A DNA stretch of 64,000 nt, taken from assembly GCF_009914755.1 (NCBI RefSeq), contig NC_060926.1, one strand, 5' to 3'. The stretch is from the human T2T-CHM13v2.0 reference genome, Homo sapiens. The notes beneath the pieces are model-generated. The model did not search any database and was not told the DNA's origin. It worked only from the letters and a program-made list of their open reading frames with translations. Each line of letters starts with the position of its first letter. The first letter of the stretch is position 1. Below are positions 28,548 to 42,854 of the stretch, piece after piece. Made by a program: the position numbers and the translations under genes.

Positions 28548-29453
28548 TGAATTTCTCCTTGGAAGATGGGTTTTCCTTTTTTGTCACATAAGCTACAAAT
28601 TTTCCAAACTTTTATGCTCTGCTTCCCTTTTAAACGTAAGTTCCAAATTCAAACCAAATCTTTGTGAATACATAAAACTGAATGCTTTTAACAGTACCCA
28701 TGTCACCTCTTGAATGCTTTTCTACTTAGAAATTTCTTCCACCAGATACCAGAAATCATCTCTCTCAAGTTGAAAGTTCCACAGATCTTTATGGCAGGGG
28801 CAAAATGCCCCCAGTCTCTTTGCTGAAGCATAACAAGAGTCACCTTTCCTCCAGTTCCCAGGAAGTTTCTCATCTCCTTCTGAGACCACCGCACCCTGGA
28901 CTTTATTGTACATATCACTATCAGCATTTTGGTCACAGCCATTCAACATCTCTAGGAAATTCCTGACTTTCCTACATCTGCCTGTCTTCTGAGCCCTCTC
29001 AGTCTCTGGGAAGTTCCAAACTTTCCCACATTTTCCTGTCTTCTTCTGAGCTCTCCAAACTGTTCCAACCTCTGCCTGTTACCCAGTTGCAAAGTCACTT
29101 ACACATTTTCAGGTATCTTTACAGCAGCACCCCACTCTACTCGTACCAATTTACTGTTTTACTCTGTTCTCATGCTGCTAATAAAGACATACCTGAGACT
29201 GGGTAATTTATAAAGGAAAGGTGTTTAAGTCATGTCTTACATGGTGGCAGGCAAGACAGCTTGTGAAGAGGAACTCCCTTTTATAAAACCATCAGATCTC
29301 GTGAGACTTATTTACCATCACAAGAACAGCATGGGAAAGACCTGCCCCCCAAGATTCAATTAGCTTCCACTGGGACCCTCCTATGACACATGGAAATCAT
29401 GGGAGCCACAATTCAAGATGAGATTTGGCTGGGGACACAGCCAAACCATATCA
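28548..29453 (-). mobile_element. THE1 (THE1C-like) 5' LTR (29155-29453) plus ~600 bp of truncated THE1-int (28548-29154)
   Basis: ctcatgctgctaataaagacatacctgagactggg...aaaccatcagatctcgtgagac...ggggacacagccaaaccatatca; LTR/int junction gtaccaatttac. Confidence 0.88.
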
Positions 29454-30889
29454 TTCATGAAGCAGGCTGATGTTTCAGAACCTGTCTGAAGGCAATTGGA
29501 AGCTTTTTTATTTTTCTGGAGGATTTTATAGATGTCACTGAGGTTGATCTAACCACTTGTTGGTTGGCTTTCTTTGCTTATATAGAGAGTCTCAGTTATC
29601 AATCTACTCACTTAAACCTTGGTGCCAACGATATCTAAATAAGAGCAACAAATCTCAGCAATGGCCTGTGTGTGTGTTTATATAAAACAACCTGAAACTC
29701 CCCAAATATTCAGATTAACCTAACTAAAATCAAACAGGTAGCTTGAGATAAAGTTAGCTTTTTTCCGATTTTTATTTTATCTTGTAGGTTTTTTTTAAGT
29801 GGAAATATGCATTTATGGCAATCATCAATAATTAATTGATTGTCACCTAGTCTTCTGAGGTCGGGTAAATTAGTAGCTGGTGCAAACTAGAAGCCTATAG
29901 AAGCAGGAAGCACAGTGGGCTGGTCCGGATTTTTTTGACTAAATAAGTTTTCTGAAAACAAGCATGACTTTAGAAAACTGTTTTGCAAAGGCTAAGGTCA
30001 TTCTTCTTCTTTGAAATATACCTTCTTATTTAGTAAGGTTTTCCATTACTGTTTTCTACTTCATGAAAAATAAACTGCACCTTCTTGTCAACCTAATTCC
30101 CTTGAAAGTACAATCCTGGGATCCAATAACAATCTAGCCAACTCTGGGAAAACCTCATGAGGCAGAAATTGAGTTCAGTGACTAACAAGAATAAGAGGCA
30201 ATTAATTAGAAGTATAGCATGCATTTTGTAATTTTACTAAGGAAAGATTCACTATCCAGATGACTGGCTGAATTTATAGATAGTAAAAAAACTTTTAGAA
30301 GAACTGAATCAAGTGATTTAGAGTATACAATCCTAAATCCTGGATTGGTGGGAGCAATTTTCACTATCCTTTATTTATTAAACTCAAGTCTATTTGAAAA
30401 GGGGAGATAGTGATGGATGTGGATTTGCTTTGCTGCCAATTTCAGGCATAAAACCTTTTAAGTACCTGGTAAAGATGATAGTAAAAATAATTCTATCTGG
30501 TGAAAAAGAATGAGTATGTTTGTAGGCACCCCACATAGTTACCTGTGGGGGTGTGTTTGAATATACATATGCATGCATGATATAGTCCCTGTCGCAGGGT
30601 CATCTTGTAGTCTCTGCTTTTGCATACAAATCTCACATTTATCTGTCACCAAGAAGATAATGGAAAATTGCTTATTCGCTGCTTACATTGCAGTGCTCTG
30701 TGATTATGTGCTCCGAGTGATGTACAATGCACATGTCTTTATAGCAACAATGCAATAGCCAAAGAAAATTGTTAAAATAAAGCTTTTAGTACAGTGTACA
30801 CAGCCCACCTGCACAGAGAACCCATGGAGTGTAAGAAGATCTGGAACTGCTCCTGCTTCTGTTCAGCAGCCTGACTTAGAAACATTCTT

Positions 30890-31222
<333 letters not shown>

Positions 31223-31687
31223 TGAAGGGTCACCTGACCAGTTATTGTTCCTGTTCTGCTGAATCATAGGTCTTTGTCCCTTCTCCAACCTCTCCCTTAC
31301 TTTATTCTGATTCTGAAACCCTCTCCTCAGAAATGGTCACTAATTCAAGGGGTTGGCAGTACAGTCGCAGCAACAAGCTCTCAAAGACTTTTTAGAAACA
31401 ATCTGAGAATCTTAATTTCATGGGTGACCCCTCTCCTCATTTTCATAAAGCCTAAGAGCTACAGAATCAAGCATTTATACATTCCATGTGTTCAAATGTA
31501 GATACCCAAATGTAAGGGAACCTGAAGTTTCTATGTATCTTTGTCCTGAACTTCCAGTCTTCTTGCAGTTTGATGAGCACACTGTATTCAAGACTCTCTG
31601 CCTTTGCACATGATGCCATCCTGTCAGGAATGCCCTCTTACCTTTTCACTTTGAAAACTCCTATTCATCCTGCAAAATCTATTCTTT

Positions 31688-32387
31688 TTTTTTTATTATT
31701 ATACTGTAAGTTTTAGGGTACATGTGCACATTGTGCAGGTTAGTTACATATATATACATGTGCCATGCTGGTGCGCTGCACCCACTAACTCGTCATCTAG
31801 CATTAGGTATATCTCCCGATGCTATCCCTCCCCCCTCCCCCCACCCCACAACAGTCCCCAGAGTGTGATATTCCCCTTCCTGTGTCCATGTGATCTCATT
31901 GTTCAGTTCCCACCTATGAGTGAGAATATGCGGTGTTTGGTTTTTTGTTCTTGCGATAGTTTACTGAGAATGATGATTTCCAATTTCATCCATGTCCCTA
32001 CAAAGGACATGAACTCATCATTTTAATGAGACACCATCTCACACCAGTTAGAATGGCAATCATTAAAAAGTCAGGAAACAACAGGTGCTGGAGAGGATGT
32101 GGAGAAATAGGAACACTTTTACACGTTGGTGGGACTGTAACCTAGTTCAACCATTGTGGAAGTCAGTGTGGAGATTCCTCAGGGATCTAGAACTGGAAAT
32201 ACCATTTGACCCAGCCATCCCATTACTGGGTATATACCCAAAGGACTATAAATCATGCTGCTATAAAGACACATGCACACGTATGTTTATTGTGGCATTA
32301 TTCACAATAGCAAAGACTTGGAACCAACCCAAATGTCCAACAATGATAGACTGGATTAAGAAAATGTGGCACATATACACCATGGAA
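31688..32387 (-). mobile_element. 5'-truncated, 5'-inverted young L1 (L1PA2-like) inserted in an L2 remnant
   Basis: 31688-32024 antisense 3' end (gctagatgacGAGttagtgggtgcagcgcacc on the - strand); 32025-32387 inverted ORF2 segment; TSD aaaatctattcttt at 31674-31687 and 32386-32399. Confidence 0.93.
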
Positions 32388-33597
32388 AATCTATTCTTTA
32401 TCATCTCCCATGTAAGGCTTTCCATGATGTTTTGGACAGATGATTACTTCCTTCTCTCAATAAATTATATGCCTTATTTACCTCTTACTGGAAATATTCT
32501 AAATTTAAAGTGTTACTAATTTATTGTTTATAATTATTAAAAGCTTGTCTTGCCTTCTAGACTATGAGCTCCTTGGTGGGAAGGACTGCCTCCTATCTGC
32601 CTTCTACCCTCTGTTTCTATTACAGGACGTATTTGAAATGTAGTGTAGATTCTTGAACAGAACTGAATCTCTTTACAATGGCAGATTTGTCTGTGTATCT
32701 TTGGATGATTTGATGGACTTTACTAGTTATGAAAAGAGCTTCTCAAATCCTTAGACTTCCACTCTTCCCATTTAAACCTCAGTCCATGACACAAATGTAA
32801 GGTGGCTCACAGTAGAGGATATATTGTTGCTTCTGACTCTCTCTAGTATTCCAGGGAAGTAGCTTATTAATCTCATTACCATAAACTGTGAAGTAAGTAG
32901 ATAGGCATTATTCATGCTTTCGGGTTGCAGTTAGAGACCATTCTCATTAATTAGGTTGCCTACAACTCAAGTCTGTAACTTTCTGGGGGCACTTTTGCCA
33001 CAGAAGGGCCATGGATAATGTCTTCCAAATATGATCCAAAGTCTAGATTATCTTCAAATGAGGTAAAATCTTCCTTTATTTGAAAAGTAAATAGATTTAT
33101 CTTTCTTCCCTTTTCCCTGGACTCCATTGCCTAAATTTCACTGTGGATCGGTTGCTGGTTGGTCGGACTCTTAAAATTTATGAGCATCTTTTTGTGTTGT
33201 TGGTACTGACTTTAAAGAGCAAATGATTTCTCACCAGTAATTGAAATCCCCTAAAGGTAGTATCCTTTGCAGATTCACAGCCTGTCACATCCCTAGCCCT
33301 AGAAATGCAATGCTTTGTTCAGCTTTAAAAGATGGGTGGGAGAGGTAAAATTCTGCATTAGGAAGTTTCCAACTAAAATGACTTTTAATTAAAAGCAAGT
33401 GATTATTTGTAATCATTTATCAATTGTGTTTTATATTTTCATTCGTTTGGTTTTTCAGGAAGATTTTCAAACTATTTGGTAAATTTCAGAGAAATCAGCT
33501 GTTAGGATAAAATATTGGTCAAAAAAGTCAGAAACTCTTTTCTTAAATACACTGAAATTTATTCATTCATTCATTTCTTCATTAAACAACGGGCCTC

Positions 33598-33903
33598 AGC
33601 CATGCATGATGGCTCGCATTTGTAATCTCAGCACTTTGGGAGGCTGAGATGGGAGGATTCCTTGAGCTCAAGAGTCTGAGATCAGCCTGGGCAATAGAGC
33701 AAGACCTCATCTCTACTAAAAATAATACAAATTAAACAGGTGTGGTAGCTCATGCCTGTAGCCCCAGCTACTCAGGAGGATAAGGTGGGAGGATCACTTG
33801 AGCCCAGAAGATCAAGGCTGCAGTGAGCCGTAATCATGCCATTGCACTCCATCCTGGGCAACAGAGTGAAACCCTGTCTCAAAAACAAACAATCAAAAAA
33901 CAA
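33598..33903 (+). mobile_element. AluJ within an antisense L2 3' end (~33560-34200)
   Basis: gatgggaggattccttgagctcaagag...gaggatcacttgagcccagaagatcaaggctgcag; L2 (ATTC)n tail just upstream. Confidence 0.88.
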
Positions 33904-35676
33904 GAGGCCTGAGACATAAAGATAAATAATGAATACTACTCTCAACTAGCTCACAGTCTGGTGAGGAAGAGGGAAGTTAAAGGAAAGCCAATGATAAGAT
34001 CAAGGGAAGGATTGAAGAATAGTCTGGACACACAAAGAAGGATTAGCTTACTATATCTGGGGAATGGAGAGAAGTAGTCAGGAAAACTTTTTAGAGTCCA
34101 GATTCACCTATGTCTTCTACTCCCAAAATCCAGTCTTCAGAGATGGTGGGTCAGTGTGTTCCAGGCAGTAGGAATAGTATGGATAGCAAATACATGGAGG
34201 CCCAGGAAGAAATAAAAGCTATCTCCGTCTTGGGAGCATAGAGCAATAGAAGCAAGGGATTGACTCATGCTACAAAATCAGTAGGTTCTAAAAGAAATCC
34301 TGAATGATAGCTTAGGAAAGGAAGGAGCAGATATTACAAACAGGAACAAAAACCAGAGATGGGTGGAAAAGATTCTTGGACCCGAATAGTGGTTCTGGGG
34401 GAAAAGAGATCAAGAATGCAGGCTACAGTGGGAGAACAGGAGGGCCACATTTAAATGTGAGCTCTGAGTAACAGCTCAGCACATCAGCAGCAAGAATGGA
34501 ACTTGACTTCGTATCAGGGGTCTGTATGTAGTCAGGTCCCTTGAATCTCTTTGGATTTCAAGCCCTGGTCCAGTGTAATACACACATACCAATAGAGGAA
34601 GGGTGTGATGATGAAGACAGTGACTATGCTTCCAGTTGCTATGAGAGTGCGTGTCTCAGGCCCCAAGTGTCAGGACAATGGTTTAAGTCAAAGATGCGAG
34701 TGAATGAAGTAGTAGGGGTGGCAAACAGACATTCTCTGAATAGAGCCTGCTTTGAGGTTCTAATAATACTATGCAACACTTTCTCCCAAGGTCGAAGCAA
34801 CTTTGCTATTGAAATTTTTTATTCTTTGCTAGATTAATAAGCTTTTTGAAATAATAAAATTATGGAGCAGTGCTAGAAAAATCTTGTTGAGGGTAGACAT
34901 GCCTCTGAAGAAAACTGCCCTTAGGCTGCTTCTGGAGGCTGTTAATAGGATTGATTGATTTTTTTTTAAGTTGTTTTATGGTGACGGTTGTATTGTGTAC
35001 TGACAGGAATTATTAAAGCCTCAAAATGAATGAATTTAATTGCTCATGACTGAATGAAATTGAAACAGGTAAAAGCGCTAAGACAGGGTCAACTCCCAAA
35101 ATCTCCATAAAAGAAGCTTCTTTGTCCAACCTAGGTGTAGTAGCAATTGGAGCTCATTCACAAGGGTTGACACTGGATTTTTATTTAAAGAAGAATAATC
35201 TGTTGCCACTTGCTCCTAAGCCAGGATGGAGGCCTAGGCCATGTCAGCTAAAACCTAGCAACTTTCTAAAGAACTTGCTGACACAGAGAGTTCATGCCAA
35301 CCAGAGAAGAGCCCTTTCAGCTTGCCTGGCCCATCCTCCACCCCAACTCACCCAGAGCGGGGAACAATAACACTTATGGAGGATAACTGCATAATTAGGA
35401 CTGAGCATTTCTTTACTATGACATGGGTTGTTTTAAGGAGAAATAAACTTAAGCATACTAACCAAATACACTATGCTATGCTATACTAATTATAAAAATA
35501 ATTTGTAGTGTACCTTCCATTTGCATCTAAGATCTCACAGTATATTGTATCAAAAATTTATGAAAACACTGTATCACAATCTACGTAGTATATTAGTGTA
35601 GTGTAGTCCTTGCCTGCAGGGAGCTTATATTCTTGCTGGAGAGATAAGCAGGAAACCACATTAAAGAACATATTTT

Positions 35677-35959
<283 letters not shown>

Positions 35960-36365
35960 TTATTTTATTTCTACTCTGTACCAGGGGATGCAAAGATAAA
36001 GTGAAACCTCAAAATAATAATTTAAAACACCAGGAGAATCAATGAATTTCTTGTGGATTTTAGAAAGGTCACCGCCTAGCAGACCACCGCTCTATTTGTC
36101 TGGCATAGCGTATTTTTTCTTTTTCCTTGTTTTAATTGTATTGGAATACCTTTAGGGAAGACACGTTCTCTCTTGTTTTCCTAATTACCCATTTCTGCTA
36201 CATGCCTGACTCCTGGAGGCACTTGAGTTGCACCTTTAAGTAAATGCCTAGTTCGGAGGAAAAAAAGAATACTTTGAGATGAGGGAGGAAAGACTGATAT
36301 TGAGACAAATATGGGAAATCTGGGTCCTAAAGGGTGGATAAAATTTGAATAAATAAAGTATTGGT

Positions 36366-36550
36366 CACATGGACACAGGGAGAAGAACAACACACACCAG
36401 GACCTGTTGGGGGATGGGGGGTGGGGGGAGGGAACTTAGAGGAGGGGTCAATAGGTGCAGCAAACCACCATGGCACACGTATACCTATGTAACACGCCTG
36501 CATGTTCTGCACATGTATCCTGGAACTTAAAGCAAAAAAAAAAAAAAAAA
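36366..36550 (+). mobile_element. Short L1PA10-like 3' end with poly(A)
   Basis: gggaacttagaggaggggtcaataggtgcagcaaaccaccatggcacacgtatacctatgtaac. Confidence 0.8.
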
Positions 36551-36639
36551 ATTTCTTCCCCTGTCTTATATGGTAAAGCATAAATAGATTTTATAGGTTT
36601 GGGTTTTACATTCAAATCTTCAATGAATTTTGAAATGAG

Positions 36640-36707
36640 GTTTTTGTTGTTGTTGTTGTTTTGTTTTTTTTTGAGATGGAGTCTCACTCTGTCCCCCACG
36701 CTGGAGT
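36640..36707 (-). mobile_element. Alu 3' fragment within an L1M remnant
   Basis: (TTG)n/T tail then gagatggagtctcactctgtcccccacgctggagt. Confidence 0.7.
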
Positions 36708-36849
36708 TCAATAGCCTCAGTTGCCCTTGTCCACTGTTTAAAAGAAAAGCTTTAACCCATACTGAATTTTACTATTGTTCCTTTCTCCAAGGTGTAAACA
36801 AAACAAAACAAAACAAAACAAAAAAAACCCCAAAAACTAGAGCACCAAA

Positions 36850-37566
36850 ATGAGAGAAAATTTGAGAATGTACAACTCCTGAGAAATAATTTTGGGAAAG
36901 AGAGTTTAAGAAGTACTAACGGGAGCTGGCTACAGAATCGTGGCCAACACCTTCCTTCCTTTGATTAATCCACTGGTCTACTGATTGATAGATGAATCTA
37001 TCTCATCTACCTTAAATGTAAAATTCAGAAATGAGATGTTTGTCATAGAGACACTTATTAAGATGGGTTGAATTTTCAGAAATAAAATCATGTTTTTGTC
37101 AGCAACCTTGATTTGCTGCTTGGTTTGAAAATGGAGACCATCTTGCTCATTGGGTTATATGGAAGACATTTTCTACAAATTAAATGAGTGACATCTGCAG
37201 CTCCAAGGTTTTAATGAAGATATATTTAGAGCACACATTCAACATGCAGCCTGGAAGTCACATGCTTTTTGTTGTTGTTGTTGAGACAGAGTCTCGCGGT
37301 CACCCAGGCTGGAGTGCAGTGGCATGATCTCAGCTCACGGCAACTTCCGCCTCCTGGGTTCAAGTGATTCTCCCGCCTGAGCCTCCCAAAGTGCTGGGAT
37401 TACAGGCATGAGCCACTGTGCCTGGCCTGTCACATGCTTTTAAACTATTAAACACATGATAAACATTCTAGGTGTAAGCTTAAAAATTTATGAGAGGATA
37501 TAAAGACTTTTAAAAAAGTCTTTTAGGGAGTATGCTAGCAATAAAAAGCAAAATTTAAAGACCACT
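36850..37566 (+). mobile_element. hAT-Charlie remnant with a decayed transposase segment
   Basis: ~37153-37233 translates GYMEDIFYKLNE*HLQLQGFNEDIFRA (Charlie LAYLxDIFxKLNxLNxxLQG motif); end aaagaccact. Confidence 0.55.
37270..37427 (-). mobile_element. Chimeric Alu monomer (left-arm 5' part fused to right-arm 3' part)
   Basis: ~160 bp; perfect TSD gtcacatgctttt at 37257-37269 and 37429-37441. Confidence 0.85.
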
Positions 37567-38130
37567 ATCTAGTCTTCTTGGTATAATGACAAGGTTGTGA
37601 CACCTCTAGATGGAGGAGGCCGCCTCCTAGGAAGCAGTTTTGCAGATAGCCTTCAGGGAAGGGAAAATGGAGAGGAGGGCCCAGCAAGAGAGATGGGGGA
37701 GGGCAAAGGCAGAGACTAATGCCACAAAATGCTCCAGCAGCTCCTGCTGGGGTGGGAAAGGCTGAGCTAAGAAGGTGGAGGTTCCAGGCCTTTTCTCCAA
37801 AGCCCAGAGCTTCCCTTAGGCTGCCAAGATTGCACTTCTGCCATCTCACCAAGGCCTGTGCTGTCACAGAGAGGACCAGCAGAGGCAACAAGTTTGTGCC
37901 TTAGCAGAAACCCATCATCAGAAACATATAAATAGCAAACATTTACAAAAAAGAAAAAAAAAGAATGCTAACATTCTGAAGTGGTAAGGTCAGGGACATA
38001 GCTGGGTGAGGAGAGCAACCTTTAAAAATAGATCTGTGAAAAGACTTTGAAAACCCTTGTTAAGGACATGTGTGGGGAGCCAGCTGTTCTCAGGGTATAC
38101 ATGCCATCCTACCTCATTTCCTTGGAGTTT

Positions 38131-38428
<298 letters not shown>

Positions 38429-39379
38429 ATTTCCTTGGAGTTTTTAGCCCCACTTACCACTTTCTCTTTCAGGGAACTTCTGGAAAGAGTATCATCAGGG
38501 TAGAGACAGCAATTCTAGAGAAGAAGCCGACATCCAGTATTGTCCATGCCCAAGAAGCAGCTGCTGATCTGCTTCAATTTTTCTAATTTCTGGGGAAAAA
38601 ATATTTAGGCAAATCAAACTAAACACACAATGAGAAATATTTTTGGCAGTGTTTTTTTTTTGACTTTTTATTTTCATAGAGGAAAAATAATTGGAAACAT
38701 TGATACTGACTTCTGTGAAGTCGACCTGTGAAAATGAAGTGGGACCAAGAGGGAAAGGTGTTGGATCTTAATTAGTCAGAACATTGTGAAGGGGAGAGGC
38801 AAGGCTCAACACTGTGTTGGATTTCTGTTTTGCTCTCTCACAGCCCCACTGTCTGCAGGCCTCAGCATGTGTAACCCCATTCTGCGTCTGCTCCTGGGCT
38901 TGGCTGGCTGGTCTGGGGTGAGAGGACAGAGCAGGGGCTGGAACCTTAGCCTCGAGCCATCTGGACCATGGCTCATTCCTGGGCTCCAATGTCACTGGGG
39001 ACTTACCGTCTTAGTAATAATCATATCTGAATTATAACAACAACAATAACATCCTCTAACACATCTATGGAGTGCTTAATATGTGACAGGCACTATGTTA
39101 AGCTTTTCACGTCTTGTGTAATATCCAAACAGCCCTATAAAATCAATTCTATTATAAGGAAACTGAGGTTTAAATAATGGTCCCATGGGTGGTATGTCAG
39201 ATTCTCAAACCTTCCCTCTGAAACCATGAGCTGTGCTTCCTTGCTTTTCTTCACTGCACAGCAGGAATACTGTGGAGCACCACTGCAGCAGAGCTGCAAG
39301 AATTCAGGGAGCCAGGGTGTGCAAAGCAGATGGTACAGCGACTGCCATTTTATTGAGTTAATAAATGTTGACAGCGGAA

Positions 39380-39660
39380 AATGCTAACCACTGATGTTCA
39401 TTGCGTGCTTAATACATGCCAATCATTGTTCTACACTCTTTGTGTATTCACTCATTCATTCCTCCTCTTCTTACAGCCCCACGAAGTAAACATCACCCTT
39501 ATTCCTGTGTTTACAGATGGGGAATTCAGGTTTTGGAGTGGTTAAACAACTTACTGAAAATACAACTTACCCAAAAAACAACTTACCCAAAGCAACAGAG
39601 CTAATCATCAGTGAGGGGGATTTGTAGCCATGCCATCTGGTTTAAGAACCCAAGCTCTGA
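39380..39660 (-). mobile_element. MIR SINE (another MIR fragment at ~39040-39230)
   Basis: tttacagatggggaattcagg...gagtggttaaacaactta. Confidence 0.65.
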
Positions 39661-41742
39661 TTAAGTAACATTAACTATTATTATCACTGTAAAAGGGGCT
39701 GATACAAAAGGAAAACAAAAAAAAGAAATAGTCTCAACAAACTGTGCTCCCAACCTGTAATACAATTATTTGTGACTGTGCTTGTTTGCCCTACAATTCT
39801 GCTGGCTCCTGTGCAGCAAGGGCTGCGTCTCTTAACTTTGACTCCAAACTCAGCATGATAAATGCCTGTAGGACAGAAATGAAGTCTGTTCATATGTTGG
39901 GCACTACCATCGGAGAAGGAAAAGACAATTCCGTTTCTTATGAATATAAAAATGGGATGGAGAAAACACCTTTTAAGCAAATAGTGACACTATAACTATG
40001 GTGCAGTAATAGAGTCACAGTCAGTGTTTCACAGGACAAGGAAGCACTTTATTCCATCCTGGTTAGGGATGGAATAAAGGATGAGTTGGGGTCTGGCATG
40101 CAGAAATAGATTCCAGAGGAGGTGACTCTGGGGCTCAGATGTGAAAGATACAAAGAGTTTTCCTGGTAGAAAAGGCCTTAAGTATACCCGAAGTAAGCAG
40201 CATCTGGAAAAGTATCCGAGGGAGACATGGGAAGGGACTTTGTACAAGAGCTAAAGAGTTGATACTTTATTTTCTCCTTAACAGAGATCTTCTAAAAGAT
40301 TTTAAGAAGGAGAGAGATGTGATCTGATTTGCATTTCAGAAAAATCTCTCTTGTAGCTCTGCGGATGATGGATTGATCAGATGGGGTGATGATATTGAAG
40401 ACTGGAGGCCACCTGCCTCTGCTCCACTTGTGAGAGGAAAGAATAAACTAGTGTTAGCAAATGCAACTTGTGCTTGGACGTTCAACTCCCCTAGCAGGCA
40501 TTTGATAAACAAAGTAAAGGGAGCCTGACAAGGCAAAGATGGAACAAATAGCCTGGTGACTACCAGGTGTCTCCTCCCTGACTTTTGTGGGTACATGTAA
40601 TGAAGGAGCTGCTATCCCTTGGACTCCAGGAAGGATGTAAGGTGATGTTACAATGTGTAAGAACTCTATCTTCAGGGCTGTAATCTCAGTAAACTCTTGC
40701 CTGTAGGATATAGGAAAACAGTTGCTGGGAAAAACTTAAAAAGAGGATATAACTCTAGATGAAATGAGGCATTGTTCTGTTCACATTATTTTTATGGATG
40801 TTGAGCACCAATAAACTATTAATAATAAGATATAATACAAAAAACTACAACGTTGTTAAGAACTTGTAGTCTAAACAATACACATCTTAAAAAGACTTGT
40901 TCCAGGTGATTGGAATATTCATTTTGCATTGTTGAATTACTAGAAAGACCCTTTTTGTTATGTGGACACTGTGAAAGTTACGCTGGAGAGCATTAAGACA
41001 TCCTCCTGTGGTCTTTGGGCCTATATAGAGTTCCATATTCCTCCTCTTCCTCTCTCTCCACTGAAGGAAAGTTGGAGGGCTGCCTCTGGGTGGAATGTAA
41101 GGGGGAAAAATCCTGTGGCTGTTCCCAGCATGGAGAATTATCACTGCAAATCTCATTCACAGAATGATTAAGCTGTGGATCAAGTTAGAAGTCCAGGCTG
41201 AATGGAGTCTGAGAGAAACACAATTACAGGGATGACAAGGTGACATGGGAAGGGGCCAAGAAGGGCTAAAACAAAACCATTTTCTCCTGCCATATTTGCT
41301 GGTCTGGGAATGTACTTCCATCTACCTGGGTACCCTATCCTGAAACATCAAGGAATCTTTGATTCTTCCCTGTATCAGTTAGTATAAACTATGTTCTTCA
41401 GCAGTAACAAATGACTCCAAAGCCTCTATGGCTTTCAGCAACCAACATTTATGCTATTTTATATTCATACTGATTGTCATTTGCTATTGTCTGAGTCTTT
41501 GCTCCAGATTGGCTGACTTAGGAACTCAGACTGATGGAGCTATCTCTATCAGGACCATGGCTGGTCTTGCGGCAGGGGGAAAAGAGAACACGGTGATCAC
41601 ACACCGGATCAGTAAAACCTGCTGGGAAGTGATACACATAACTCATGTTCATATCTTATTGGCTAAAGTCTGATGTCAATGGGACAGGGGACTATAATTC
41701 TTCCCAAGGAAGGGTAGGAGGTATTTCTGTTCATAAAGATGT

Positions 41743-42102
41743 TGCAATAGTCTGAATGTTGGTGTCCCTCCAAAATCCATGTTAAAACCTAACACACAAT
41801 GTGATAGTATTAAGAGGTGGGAACTTTTGGGAGGTGATTAAATCTTGAGGGCTCCACCTTCATGAAAGGGACTAGTGCCCTTATAAAAGAGACCAAAGCA
41901 AGTACCCTAGCTCCTTTCACCATGTGAAGAGGCATGTAGAAGGTGCTATTTATGAAGAGGAACCAACCTTCACCAGACACCGATTCTATTGGCTTCTTGA
42001 TCTCGGATTTCCCAGCCTCCAGAACTGTGAGTAATAAATTTCTGTTGCTTATAAACTACCCAGTCTAAAGAATTTTATTATGGCAGCCTAAAGGAACTAA
42101 GA
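41743..42102 (+). mobile_element. MLT1A0-like MaLR solo LTR
   Basis: gtctgaatgttggtgtccctccaaaatccatgtt...cccttataaaagag...cagcctccagaactgtgagtaataaatttctgttg. Confidence 0.85.
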
Positions 42103-42854
42103 GGGGGTTTTGTATCTGGAGCCACAGAGAACAGATTTCAACTTCAAGCTCTTCTATTTTCTAGCTATATAGAATGTGCTGTTATTTCCCCATCTCATGT
42201 CTAGAATAGGCTTTATGTTTTGGGCAGAGAGGGACTTTTTAAACATAGCATTTTGGTTATCCCTATTCTACAGGGTGTGTGCTCAGTTGAGTCAATTTGT
42301 AATTTAGTGCAGTCAGGGCTTTCCCTGTACTAAGACTTGGAGATGGGTGGGTGTCTTCCTTGACCCCTCCCCATTGATACTCTCAAGTTATTTTCACTCC
42401 TCCTTCAATCAATGCTAAAATTCCACTAAAGCTTGTGTTGTCAAATGTTACTACCCAATGCCCTTCCTTCTGGGTTTTGCCTATTGACAGCAGAGTTGGT
42501 CCCTGTAGTTCCAGGCCTCTCCCTTCCTCCCTACTACTCCTGCCATTGTTGGGAACTTGGGCATCTATGTACATGATCACATTAAACATCTTGGCCTCTT
42601 GGTTCCTTTACCTCCTTACCGCAAATGTTTTTCCCTCCACTCTACTTCAGGTACCCTTCCCCTGGTCTTATGTTAGAATTTGTAATCACCAATAATTGCA
42701 CCAGTTCCGAAATATCTGTTGCAAGTACCTTATCCTCTGATCACCAACCCGTCCTTTCCATCTCACTTCCTTTAAAGCATTCCAAGTAGAATAATTCTTT
42801 AACCACTCTGAGGCCTTCAATCTATTGCCCTTACTATTTTGTCACTGTTCATCT

